Positions 13,373 through 25,415 of a stretch of DNA of 64,000 nt are shown in pieces. Source of the stretch: Rhizodiscina lignyota (taxonomy: Eukaryota); contig ML978140.1 in NCBI GenBank assembly GCA_010015805.1, positions 248,001-312,000 on the forward strand, written 5' to 3'. The notes below the pieces were generated by a model, which worked only from the letters and a program-made list of their open reading frames with translations, had not been told where the DNA came from and ran no database searches. Positions within the stretch are counted from its first letter, which is position 1. Every line of letters begins with the position of its first letter. A program made the translations under genes and the position numbers.

Positions 13373-16026
13373 ATGGCTCAGGACGACCTCGAGCACGCTA
13401 CTGAGCACACCCACTTGCTCTCTCATGCTGCCCACGACCGTCGATTAAGCGGGCTACAGCATGATGAAGAAGCATCGAGTATCGTTGGTTCTGCAGTTAC
13501 GAAAGAGGAGGCAGCCTTGGGAGATTCGACTGTTGGGGAGAGGCTGCCCTACAACGATTATACGACGATTGACTGGCTTCATGATCTAGTATGGCTCCTT
13601 CATTCATTTCGGGAAATCAGACATGAAATTGAATGTTGAACAGGTCAAAGAATCTTATCGTTTTCGAGCCATTCATCACGGCAAAGGGCTCCGAAATGTC
13701 ATAATCTCTGCCTTCGACTCCTGCTCCGGCTGGATAGCAGTGGCCATAATTGGCACTCTCACGGCTTGCGTTGCCTTCGTCGTCGATGTTGCTGTAGCTA
13801 CCGTGTCAGACTGGAAGGAGGGATATTGCTTGTCCAATCCATTCCTGAGCCGTGAGACTTGCTGTAGCAAAATCGCCATAGGGCCAGAATGCGACAAGCT
13901 GTTCAAATCATGGGCATCATCGTATGCGGCCAGGTTTGGCATATATGTGGGCTTTGCGCTTGCGTTTGGCCTCATCAGCGCGAGCGCCACGATGCTTACT
14001 AAAACGACTCTACCAGCTGCAGACATGAATTCGGCAGACAAACTAAATGACGTTGACGAGTCGCAGCCATCGAAACCTACACCTGCTGGGAAGATTCTGT
14101 ACATGGCCGCAGGTTCTGGCATTCCTGAGATCAAGACCATCCTTTCTGGCTTTGTCATCCCGCACTTTCTGGATCTGAACGTTCTGCTTGTGAAGGCATT
14201 TGGCGCCGTCTTTGCCGTATCCACTGGTATGTGTCTTGGGAAAGAAGGCCCTTTTGTACACATTGCAACATGCGTGGGATATTTGGTCGGGATGTTTTTC
14301 CCAAAGTACCGAGACAATGGTCGCAAAATGCGCGAGCTGCTTTCTGCAGCTTGTGCTTCGGGACTGAGCTGTGCATTTGGTGCGCCTATTGGAGGCGTTT
14401 TGTTTAGCTACGAGGTATGCATATTGGCACGCCATATCTCAAATGCGTGTGAGCACTCACAATTTGCAGGAAATCAGCACGTACTTCCCTCGCAAGGTCC
14501 TTTGGAGAGCCTTTTTATGCTCCCTCTTTGCTGCCATGGTTCTCAAAGCACTCAACCCAATAGGAACTGGAAAGCTTGTCTTGTTCGAAACAGATTATAG
14601 GACTTCATACCTCCCTATACACTACCTTGTCTTCGTCCTCCTCGGAGTCGCCGGAGGTCTATTCGGCGGCGTCTTTTGCAGGCTCAACTTCATGTGGTCT
14701 AAGTGGTTCAGACAGTTCTGGTTCGTCAAGGATTACCCTGTCTTCGAGGTATTCCTCGTCGCGGCAGCGACAGCGCTTCTGCAATTTCCAAATCCTCTGA
14801 CAAGAAAGTCTGGAGATATTATCATTAAGAATCTACTAGTGGACTGCAAGAGCGAATTCGCGATGAACAGCTTCGTCTGCCGGAACGAAGCCAGTCCAGA
14901 CAGCCATGCTGGTTACATTGGCTGGCTGATCTACGGTACACTGGTCAAGCTCATCTTAACCATCATCACTTTTGGAGTCAAGGTGCCATCCGGCGTCATC
15001 ATCCCGGCTCTCGACGCGGGCGCCTTTTTCGGCAGGCTTATCGGGCAGTCGATCGGTACGATTTCGCCCGGTATATTTGCAATGGTGGGCGCTTCTGCTT
15101 TCTTGGCCGGCGTTTGCAGGATGACCATCAGTCTCTGCGTCATTATGTTTGAGGTTTGCATCCTCTTCTTTTGACCAATCGCCTGCTAGATGTTGACATG
15201 ACTACAGCTCACCGGCGAACTCGAATTCGTCATCCCGCATATGATTGCCATTCTCGTGGCGAAATGGGTTGCTGATGGCATCGGCCGCGAAGGTGTGTAT
15301 GATCTCGCGCAGAGTGTCCTCGGACACCCATTTCTCGACTCCGATCATGCCATGCAGCTCGTGCAGTCTCTCCCGACGCCTCAGCTCGTCAACGTCCTGA
15401 TCCCGCCAAAGGAGACGATGGACGAAATTACAGTCGTGGTACCGAGGTCGAACAAAGTCCCCCGAAAAGTTCTAGAAGAGAAACTCCGTCTCCTGAAGCG
15501 AAGAGGTCTCATGGACGCAGGCCTAGTCTTGGTCCAAGAGCCAGATCATCGGCACCATAACTTTCATATTACCGTCAACCCGACGAGTCGCAGCAGGGGC
15601 CTCCTTCAAGGCTACATCGCTGAAGCAGAATTAGAATTCTGCCTCTCAAACACCCCGCACGCACCCATCCGCCGCCTTTCCATCAAACATCCTCAGCATG
15701 CCCACACCCACGCCCATGACCACAGCAACGTCGACATCCATCCGAATCTCGAGCCAGGCCTGGGATCGCTGTATCCCGCCGATGCCCCCGTCCGTGTCTT
15801 GGGTACGGCGGACGAGGGCGACTTTGACATCAGCATGTTCGTCGACCGGACTCCGCCGGTGGTCAACGAGAGCGCGCCGCTTGAGTACGCGGTCGAGATG
15901 TTTGGGAAGTTGGGCCTGAGGCACCTGTGCGTTTTGGAGGATGGGACGGGTGGGTTGGTAGGGGTGGTGATTAAGAAGAGATTGGTTGGGTATTTAGAGA
16001 GATTGGCGGATGGGAAGATGGATTGA
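13373..16026 (+). CDS. CLC-family voltage-gated chloride channel / Cl-/H+ exchanger with C-terminal CBS region; exons 13373-13588, 13644-14414, 14470-15153, 15208-16026
   Basis: YTTIDW, GSGIPE selectivity filter, GKEGP gating Glu, AFGAPIGGVLFSYEE (proton Glu), GVKVPSGVIIP, spliced MFELTG, C-terminal CBS motif MFGKLGLRHLCV. Confidence 0.93.
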
Positions 16027-16260
16027 GAGGGTCTATTCATATATGTAACATTTTGTATGATATAAGGGATAAGGAGGTACATCTGTAGTTCATCGAAATT
16101 TGAATTCGTCTCTAAATGCTTTCATCATATCATGCCAAATGGCGTGCCGTAGCCGCCCGAACGCTGAAAACCCGAAGCGAGTCGTAAAACATATTTACAA
16201 AATGCAGTAATGTCATTATCCTTCGTTAAACTCCTTCCACCGTGTATAGATAGATCACCA

Positions 16261-16860
16261 TCACGTCCTCTCAGGCGTCTCCGGCATATAATGCTCCGGA
16301 TAGTAGTGCCTGTCCATGCTATGCTGACTCTCACTTCTTATATCCGTTATTCTCTCCGCCCCCCTCTGCAGCTCCACAAGCTCTGAGCCCTCATCCTCCT
16401 CCGCCACCCTCGCGTACCGCGACATGTTCGACGCCGGGCTCAAGCTGCGCTCTCTCCTCTCCTGCGCCAGAAGCAGCGGCCTCATCCCGCTGATCTCAGA
16501 TCCCTGCGACTGGCCTCTTCCGCGGGTCTCCAGCTCCTCGCCCGCAACGACATCCGGGGTTTTGGTGATCAGCACGTCCCGCGACATGCTCTGCGGCGGC
16601 GTCACGGTCATGTGTGGTGGTAGGGTGTCAGGCAGGGCGAGTTTGCGCTCCTTTCGCCGCGAGGAAAGGGCTAGAATGACGGTGGCCATGCCCATGATAA
16701 AGTAGATGGCGAGGATGACGCCAACTGCGATGCCGGTGTTGCGGTTGAGAACGTGCTGCTGTTCGGGCGAGAGGGTGTTGGTGGCGTGGACCTGGCAGTA
16801 GGTTGCGCTGGGGGAGGCGAGGGTGCAGGTTGTTGTTACGGTTGTTGCTGGGGGTGCCAT
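16261..16860 (-). CDS. Hypothetical single-pass membrane protein (199 aa)
   Basis: ATG in a good context (CACAGCCATG) after a C-rich leader. Thr-rich N-terminus, one TM helix (GIAVGVILAIYFIMGMATVILAL) followed by RRKERK, then a disordered tail. Confidence 0.65.
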   Translation of the reverse strand: MAPPATTVTTTCTLASPSATYCQVHATNTLSPEQQHVLNRNTGIAVGVILAIYFIMGMATVILALSSRRKERKLALPDTLPPHMTVTPPQSMSRDVLITKTPDVVAGEELETRGRGQSQGSEISGMRPLLLAQERRERSLSPASNMSRYARVAEEDEGSELVELQRGAERITDIRSESQHSMDRHYYPEHYMPETPERT

Positions 16861-18196
16861 GGCTGTGGTGGTGGGAAGTCTTCGTTAGGCTTGTAGGAGT
16901 GAGGAGGTGAGGAAATGGTATGTGGAGAGGCAGAGGTCTACGGTCAGGCTTTATTGTAGTGAAGCTGAACTCCAGCCTTGTTTGGAGAAAGGCAGTATTG
17001 ATTGTTTGTACCGGCAGGCCACGGAATGTCTCAGCCTCGCCTTTGATGAAGTATTGGAGAAACGGCAAGGTACAGGTTTGGTCAGAGTTTGAGGTGTAGC
17101 AGAAGAAAGAATATCGGGAAAGAGTAGTAAGAAGGCTTAAAAGACTACATATAACATACTTTCCCTTTGACTTTCGGCAAGGCTGAACAGCCGCAGCTCA
17201 AGGCTGTCACTGTTCAAGAGCCTCCTTCTTCCCCCACAGTGCAGCGATATCCAAAAATAATCCTACAGAACATGTACGTTGGTACGGTAGCGTCAAGAGC
17301 GGGAATAAAAGCCACGAACAGCCGCCACTATATTCACGAGCGAACCAACGGTGAGTGTGGTACGCTAGGCTAACACATGCTACAGGGACTCAAAGGGAAC
17401 GCGCAGGAGGAAAAGGGCAAGAAAGAGGCTGAACATGAGCGCAAGCTGCAGCTTGTGTCCGGCGGTCACCTAAGCCCCGGCCGTGAAGGCGCATGAGGGC
17501 GGCCGCGTCGAACGGGGGATGCGGTCGAATGTTAGATCCGCCTTACTCTTCGTTTGGCTGCAATGGACGTGGGTGCTTTCGAAGCAACGAGTAGCGAGTT
17601 TTGGCGAGTTTTGCGGCAGGAGGAATGCCGTCTCCTCTTTGGGTGCTGAGGAGAGCAACGTGGAACTGATGCGGCGTAAGGCGAAAGGCGAAAGGCCTGA
17701 GATACGGAGTAAAGATGTCCAGTGTTGGTCTTGAGGAGGGTCAAGACGTGCAGTTGCTGCGCCCCCTGCACACGATAAAATAAGGTGGATGGAAAAGGCT
17801 GAGCCGGCGGCTCGGCGGGACATGAGCCTTCGAAATGGAGGATCTGGAGGCAAGAGCTTCTGCTCTCTGGATATTCACAATCAGAAATCCTGTGACAGCG
17901 CGATAATTACTCAAGGAGGTTCAATAGACGTCCAACAACTGTCAAACTAAGTTCATTGCTGCTGTTCTCTGGCCACACGCCACTTAATGCGAAGGGCATT
18001 GTAGGCTTTTAGAATCGCCTAACCCCAGCTATCAGGCCTTTTCTAATTTATTTTCTCTTTATATAGAGATTATCTAGAGTAGATCTTGTGAGAAAATGCA
18101 TGTGATGTTACATACCCCAAAATCGCAATGTTAGATAATTCCTGCAAATGAGGCATTATATACAGTAAGCACCTCCTGACAGGCATTTGGCTTCGC

Positions 18197-18293
18197 GGCA
18201 ACTTGGCCGAGTGGTTATGGCGTTGCGTTTAGGTCTCTCCTGAACTCTCTACCGCAATTCGAAAGAGCGAGGGTTCGAGTCCCTCAGTTGTCA
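18197..18293 (+). tRNA. tRNA-Leu(TAG) with 18-nt intron (18234-18251)
   Basis: Acceptor stem GGCAACT/AGTTGTC, A-box TGGCCGAGTGG, anticodon stem TTGCG/CGCAA with TAG at 18230-18232, long variable arm, T-arm GAGGG-TTCGAGT-CCCTC, T-run terminator near 18305. Confidence 0.93.
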
Positions 18294-18509
18294 ATATTTG
18301 CCAATTTTTTTGGCACTTGTTAAGTATGGATGAGACGAGACGAGATGGGATGACAGAGTGTCAAATTCTATTCTTTTGCTCGAAGCAGAGGATATTAAAG
18401 TATGCCAAGACCGGTAGGGATCGCCTAGTACATTTCGACCTTTTGTCCGTTCACCATCCACTCCTTTTCATAGTCATCATCATAGGGATACAAGTCAACG
18501 TAGAGGTCG

Positions 18510-20425
18510 CTAGTACAACCCCAGCTCCCGCGCCTTGATCTGCAGCGCAAGTACACGAGAGAAGTATCTAGAAAGACAAAGATTCCCTCCCATGAGCCAG
18601 AATCCAGGATGACCCGACGGCCGCCAGAGCGCCCTGAACTCGCCTTCTTGATTGAAGCCCCAGACAGGGCCGACCCGATCTGCAACTGCGTCTCCAAAAA
18701 TCTCCCGAGTCTGGGATCGCATGTTGCCATAGCCAGTTGCAACGACAATCTCGTCCGCGTCGAGCTTCGATCCATCCGTGAATTGCAAACCGTGAGGAAG
18801 GATCTTGGTGACCTCCTGGCCCTGCTTGATCTTGATCTTCCCGTCGATGACCAACTGGCTGGCTCCAACGTCGATGTAGTATCCACCTCCGCGCTGGAAG
18901 TACTTGAATAGCAGACCGGCACCATCTGGCCCGGAATCCATCTTGAAGCCGACTTTCTCTAGTCCAGCAATCGTCTCCGCATCATTCTGCTCCGCCAGCT
19001 GAGTCACCATGCGCTGCTGCGCCTTGAAGATCTCAGACGGCAGACCGAACACGAAGATATCCGAGTCCTCAGTTGCCGGCGCATCCTCACTATACAACGC
19101 CTTCAGCGCAACGTCCTTCACGGTCTTGGCCGAACAGATGGAAGTGGTGCTCCGCTGGATCATGGTGACGTTGTATCCATTTTCATAATAGTCCTGGGCG
19201 ATATCATGACCGGAGTTGCAGGATCCGATCACGACAGCCTTCTTGCCTTCAGCGTTCGGCTTCGCACCAGTGAATTCCGAGCTGTGGCAGAGCCTCTCCC
19301 CTTTGAAATCGGCCATGCCATCGATGCTGGGAAGGTACTTCTTTCCGGCCTGGCCGGTGGCCTGGATGACATGGCGAGGATGAAATGTTCGCGTTTCGCC
19401 AGTCCCGTCTGCCTTGCGCCGCTCAAGCACAACGGTCCATTGCTTCGTCGCATCATCCCATGATGAGGAGACCAGCTCCGTGCTCGTCCACACATTCAAT
19501 TCCAGCAGCTGGACATAAGTCTCAAAGAAATCAGCCAGCTTGTCCTTGGGCGTAAAGACTGGCCAGTTTGCAGGGAACGGCAGGTAAGGCATGTGGTCGA
19601 ACCAGACCGGATCGTGCAGCACGAGTTGGTGATATCTGTTTCGCCAGTTGTCGCCTACGCGTTCCTCACGGTCGACCACTAGAGTGTCCACATTGAGCAT
19701 CTTAAGACGTGCGGCTACTGTGAGACCACCTTGACCGGCTCCTGAGCGGGCATTAGCAGAAGATCCAAAGCACGATAGATGCGTAAAGCCGTACCAACAA
19801 TCAACACTGCCGGATCCTTGCCTTGGAAGTCCACATCTTCAGCTCGTTGGTCGCGCCAATTTTTCCTCTTTTTATCTTCCCCGTGGTTCACTCCTGTTGC
19901 TCGATTCTGCCCCAGTGCCTCTTGGGCACCGTTCAAGCTCTGCAAAACGGTGTACATCGTGAAAACCTTCCAAACTCCAATATCTTCCTCGCACAAACGA
20001 ACAATTCCCGAGCCCTCTCCGACGTCTGTAGTACACATAATGAAGAACTGCAGTCCAAGTGGACCAATATGAGGCGACCGAAATGGCGTGGACCTGTCAA
20101 TCTCAATGCTCTTGACGCGGCATCCATTTTGCAGGAATTTTGAGATGCTCTCTGTTCCTTTGAGTGTCCGGAGATCCCATGAAAGGCAGAGGTGGTCGCG
20201 CCAATAGCTGTTCTTCTCATCAAACAATCGTACTATGGCTTTATGGTCGTTCGCACGAATCGCGTTGTTGAATGCCTTGGCGAAGTCATCTGCGATCTTA
20301 TCCGCATCCACGGACTGAGATTTGGGAGGACTAGGGAATTTCCCGACAGGAATATTGACTGAGCCTTGTTCGATGCGTTGACTTGATGGGGCTCCCGCGG
20401 TTCTCGGGGCTGTCAGGGTAGCCAT
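18510..20425 (-). CDS. Flavin-containing monooxygenase (class B, YUCCA-like, N-terminal SnoaL-like extension); exons 20425-19795, 19741-18510
   Basis: Spliced VLIVGAGQGG (FAD binding), GDNWRNRY..LVLHDP, FKGERLCHSSEF (FMO motif), GSCNSGHD (NADPH binding), ATGY. 53-nt intron. Confidence 0.92.
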
Positions 20426-21606
20426 ATCCTTTCACAAGTGAATTCAACGCTGCAGCAGGAAATGAGACAGACTCGCGGATGCAATGCCCATGAAATGAAG
20501 AAAAAAGAAGAAAAAATCGAATATTTAGAGCATTGGCCTCATATTACGCGCTTCGGGAAGGCACACCCCTCCGAGGTACACGAGCTGGAAGCCTATAAGT
20601 GGCCTGAAGCCTTAGTGGCCTGGTCGTCTACAAATGAAGGAGATAGCTTCTAGCGTTCTCCGACGCAGACATAGCCTACTTTGCTAATCTCCGGGTATCT
20701 GCGGTTTTCCAACATTGAATGTCTCCAGTAGCATTAAACGTAGCTCCTTTGAGTAAAATCTCACAGGTATTTGCGAGCAAGACGTGGAAGTGGATCGAAC
20801 TATCAGTCAGAGTCTTTCGGGGGTAAGCTCGGCCAAAATCAAGCTCATACCCTCTTCAAGAAAATGTAGAGTTATTAATATTCTTCCGAAGTCAGGCCTT
20901 TCGTTATTTGGGAAGCCCAGATTCGAGACATTGTTGCGATGAAATGTGCGAGGCGGCGATCATACATGTAAGCGGGAATCAAAGAGAAAAGCAAATTCAA
21001 GGAAGATTGTTTCATCAGGCTCAGTAGGCTATTTATCTGACGGATGACTAGGAATACATAGTGTTTGCCGAGGTCTCAAGAGTTCTGCGCTCAGAGATAC
21101 TATTGAACAGGGAAGCTTGCAAAAATACGGTTACAGACCGAGTGTCTTACCAGGTGGTGGGGTATATACATTAATTCAATATCATCAAGTCAAGTAGGGA
21201 TATGTCGAGTTCATTCATTTCATCAATTGCTCTATGGTATTCGATACTTTTTTGTTCCTCATCCCCATAATCCGCAAGACAGAGCCAACACCACTTCTTC
21301 CTGAATTCGCAAGAAAAGCAGAAAAGCCTCGAAAGCAAATGCATCGTTCCCTTCGCGCATTACACGGCACAATAACCTACAAGCAAGAACGTCAATGCAA
21401 GAAAGGAGAAAATCGTCCGGGAGCCAAAACGGAGGTATTGAAGCAAAGCTGAATTCGACTCTTAACTGCGCTTAAGCTCCTTAGCCCAGCCCATATTCCG
21501 TATGCCAAGTACCAAGATGCCGAGGCGAAGGAAGAAAACGAGATCCGAAGTTGAAAGAGGTATCAAACTGTGACCCAAGGGTCAATCATCAAGTGGGTTG
21601 AACCAA

Positions 21607-24600
21607 TCACGCGAAATCGGCGGAATACGAGAAGCCTCGGAACTCCTCCTGCATTGCTTGAGAAAGGACTGCATAGAGTATTAGTAACAGTTTCTTTAAC
21701 GGCATTGAGATGGGAAAGACGGAATGCATACCACTCTGAACCGGCGTAAGCACCGGCGTCACGCTCGTAAACTCCTGATCGAAATTGCTCGTGTCAGTCG
21801 CGCTGTTGATCGTCGGCAAGAACGGTGCGGGAATGCGCTTGTGATAGACATCGTCCCAGTTGATGTTCCTGAAGAACGCGTGGCTCATGATTTCCTGAGC
21901 ATCCGTTGGGCCGGAGCCGAGACGCATCTCCGGCTCACGCGTGAGCAGCTTCTGCAAGATCGAGACTGAGTCGCGAGGCATGTGAATGGGGTAGAGCGGC
22001 TCATCTGCCAGAATAGCTTCGTAGATTTCGTCCTCGTCCTCACCGCGGAAAGGAGATTGCTGGAGAAGCATTTGGTAGATCAGGACACCGAAAGCCCACC
22101 AGTCGACGGCGCGACCATACTTCTTGTCGAGCAGGATCTACAATCTCGTTAGTCGCGTTCATAATACCCTTGATATTTTGCCCTGCTTACCTCTGGCGCC
22201 ATAAACTCGGGCGTACCGCAGAATGTGCTCGTCGTAGAGCCATACCACATGTCCTCCTTGCATAGACCGTAATCCGCAATCTTAATATGGCCGTCGAGGG
22301 TGAGGAGAATGTTGTCGAGCTTCAAGTCACGGTAGATTACACCGTTCTCGTGGAAATACTTGAGAGCCAAGCAGACCTCCGCGGCGTAGAATTGTGCTCT
22401 CTTCGTGGTGAACTGGCCTCTTTGGATATGCAACATCAGATCGCCACCGCTAATGTATTCCATGACGAAGTACACTCTCGTCTCGGTCTGGAAGCAGGCA
22501 TGCAAGTTCAGCAAGAACGGATGTCGCTCCTTGTTAGCGATCAAGAACACTCTCTTCTCAGACCTTGTGCTCTCAACCTCGTCATTCTCAATGATGAATT
22601 CCTTCTTCAGCACTTTGATGGCGTACAGCTGCTTTGTCGCCTTCGTCTCGGCAAGCATGACTTTGCCAAAGTTACCCTTACCCAGCACAGCGAGGAAGTT
22701 GAAGTGATCGAGGCCGATCCTGCGTCCAGTTCCAGCAGTATTTGCAGGTGGAGCGCTTTTTCCTGGGGGCGGACCCTGAGGTACAACTTGCTGCTGGCTC
22801 TGTTGCTGTGGGGGTTGTTCTTGTTGATGCGGAACCTCGTGTGCTGGAGGTTGAGGAAGGGGTTGTTGTTGCTGTTGCCCATAGGGACTCTTTGGCGGCA
22901 CTTGAGGCTGCTGTTGTGGGGCACCATACTGTGGCGCGGGATATCCTGAGGCAGACAGCGGTGGATACGCCGCCGGGTTATACTGCACATTGGGGGTTTG
23001 TTGTTGATTACTTGGCGGGGCCCCTTGACCGTAACCTACTCTTCCGTCAGCACCTTGGCCATAGCCTCCTGACGTTCTGTCTGCGCCATAATCAGATTGT
23101 TGTCTCTGATACGGCGGCTGTCCGGAAGCCTTTGTAGGTGAGGTAGGCGCCTTTCCGCTGTACGCTGCGATCGCCGCCGTTTCTGACTGAGATTGTGTTC
23201 TCGAGCCAGACGTAGGTCTCTGCTGTTGTGCTGAAGCCGGCTGGCCCTGGCCGTAAGATACCCTAGCAGCGTCTGCAGCAGCAGCCGAGGTTGGACCGTA
23301 AGATTGAACGCGAGGAGGGCCATCATAGCCCTCTTTACCATAAGAAAGCCGAGGCTGAGATGGTTGCTGACTCGGCTCCGGAGTAGCACCATAGCTTGTA
23401 CGCTCCGGAACAGGAGTCGGGCGCTCTGGTCTCAAAGTCTTCTTCATCCCCGTGCTGGACACTTGCGACGGATGCCGTTGTTTAGCATTCTTAATCTCTC
23501 CAAGGATCTGGTTCGCAACCTCCATCGACATACCGCAGAAGTCTGGCACAAAGTGCATACATTGCTGGTGGCATGTGAGACTGCACTCTGTACACTTCCT
23601 GCTATTCTTCTTGCCAATCGGGAGCATGTAGCCGCAGTGGCAACACCAGTTTGCACCCATGTTAGAGAATGGTTCAAACCTGTGCGGGATGCGATGATTG
23701 AGCTTGGCCTCGTCCTGGTCTGTTTCGGCGTTGGATTGTGATATACATTTCGTGACCACCTTGGTATAACACTTCTTGTGACAAGTATACTTGCAATCCG
23801 AGCATTGCATTCCAGCAGCATACTTCAGAAAGTCACCACAGAGAGCGCAACGCATAATGTTGTAGAATTGCTGCTGCACAAACTTGTGGCCGTACTGTTC
23901 GACGATGTCTTCTTTCCGTTGTCGAATGGCACCTTTTCGTCCAAGTCCAACGTCGAATGGTTGCCGATCTCTGTTCTGCTTGATGAAGCTGATGGTCAGA
24001 TGGATCCTGCCAGCAGGCTCCAGTGAGAACCAGGAGTCGACGAAGACCTGGCCTGTTTGCGGGGGTGGCGCGCCAGGGGCCCCCCCTTGACCAGCAGCAC
24101 CAAGTCCTACAGCCATGGAGCCGCCAGCTGTGAATCCGCCTTGGCCCGGAGGGGGCTTGAACTGCATGCCCGCGCCTGGTTGGCCGTCACCCATCTTGTC
24201 CGCCGAGACCCATCCGGCTTGGTTGAACTCTGTCTCTATCTTCTTTCGTCGAAGTTCCTCGACAATATCTGAGATTCGCAGCCAGATCATGCCAATGGGT
24301 ACCGGATGGTCGCCAGCACGGTCGTACACCGTCAGCTCGATTTCGTTAGCCTTATCAATGTCGAATTCATGGAGCTCATCCGTCCATTTGTCCCCTCGAG
24401 CAGCTCTCGTACGGCCCTTGAAAACGTCTTCAACTTTGATGATGACAAATGTCTCGGGCCCACGGCTGAACCGGCCCGTCGCAGCATGGTCTACATCATG
24501 CACAGCGTGTATTCTGATTGAAAGCCTGCCACTTAGAGGTTTTCGTACACTTGGCATGTTGATGCTGTCGTCTGCGCATTGTTAGCTTCGGCTTATTTCT

Positions 24601-25415
24601 CGGGGTAGCGAGTGCTTAGCGAAAGCTTACCGTCCCGCTCATCGCCACCTTCAATGTCAACATGCAGGTCCTCATATCGTTTGAGTGCCTGTTTGAGCAG
24701 CTGGATCTTCTGGTTACTCTCTACCCTCCTAGCCTCCGCATCTGCCTTGCTCTTTCGATCTCCCTCAAGCTGGTATAGCCTGACCATCTTCTCTATGCCG
24801 TCTTTGTATTGCTTCTCAACGCTGAGCTTGAACTCGAGCTGTGAGAGCATGAGCTGAATGCGAGGGCCTAGGTGCGGGGTATCATATTTGATCAGGTCTG
24901 GAATCTAAAGTTAGCGACATGACTAGCGCTCCAGTTAGAGAGAATAGTATCTTACCCAGCCTGCTGTAATTTGGCCTGCTCTTTGGCGGTCCGGCGGCAC
25001 CAGGACCTGGACGCGCGAACGGTGCATTTGGTGGCATAGGAATTGATCCACCGCTCAGTTGGCTGTACTGCTGACCCGGACCAGGCGGATCGTACTCGCC
25101 TGGTCGTGGATAGCCTTGACCGTAACCTTGTTGTCCCATAGAAGCATCGTGTGGCGGCGGAGAAGGTCCTCTATCGCCTCCGGCACTCAGGTTCATGTTG
25201 TCCATGTTGCTGCCGATTCTCCGCATCTCAAGCTCCCTCAAACGCCCTTCGAGGTATTCGATATTTCTCCGACCATCTCGGATCTGCGTCTCTAAGCGTG
25301 ACAGGACTTGCTGGTTGTTCGTGGACTGCCTCATGGCGTTTGCCGCCTGGATGAGCGCCTTCTCGCGCTCAATCTTCTTGTGGACATTGTCCACGACCGC
25401 GTCTTCGTTGTTCAT
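21607..25415 (-). CDS. PKC1: Protein kinase C (HR1-HR1-C2-C1-C1-kinase); exons 25415-24956, 24897-24631, 24571-22191, 22137-21732, 21668-21607
   Basis: HR1 repeats, pseudosubstrate RKGAIRQRK, two C1 domains, kinase motifs GKGNFGKV / YRDLKLDN / [12 protein letters not shown], turn motif LTPVQS, hydrophobic motif FRGFSY. Confidence 0.97.
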
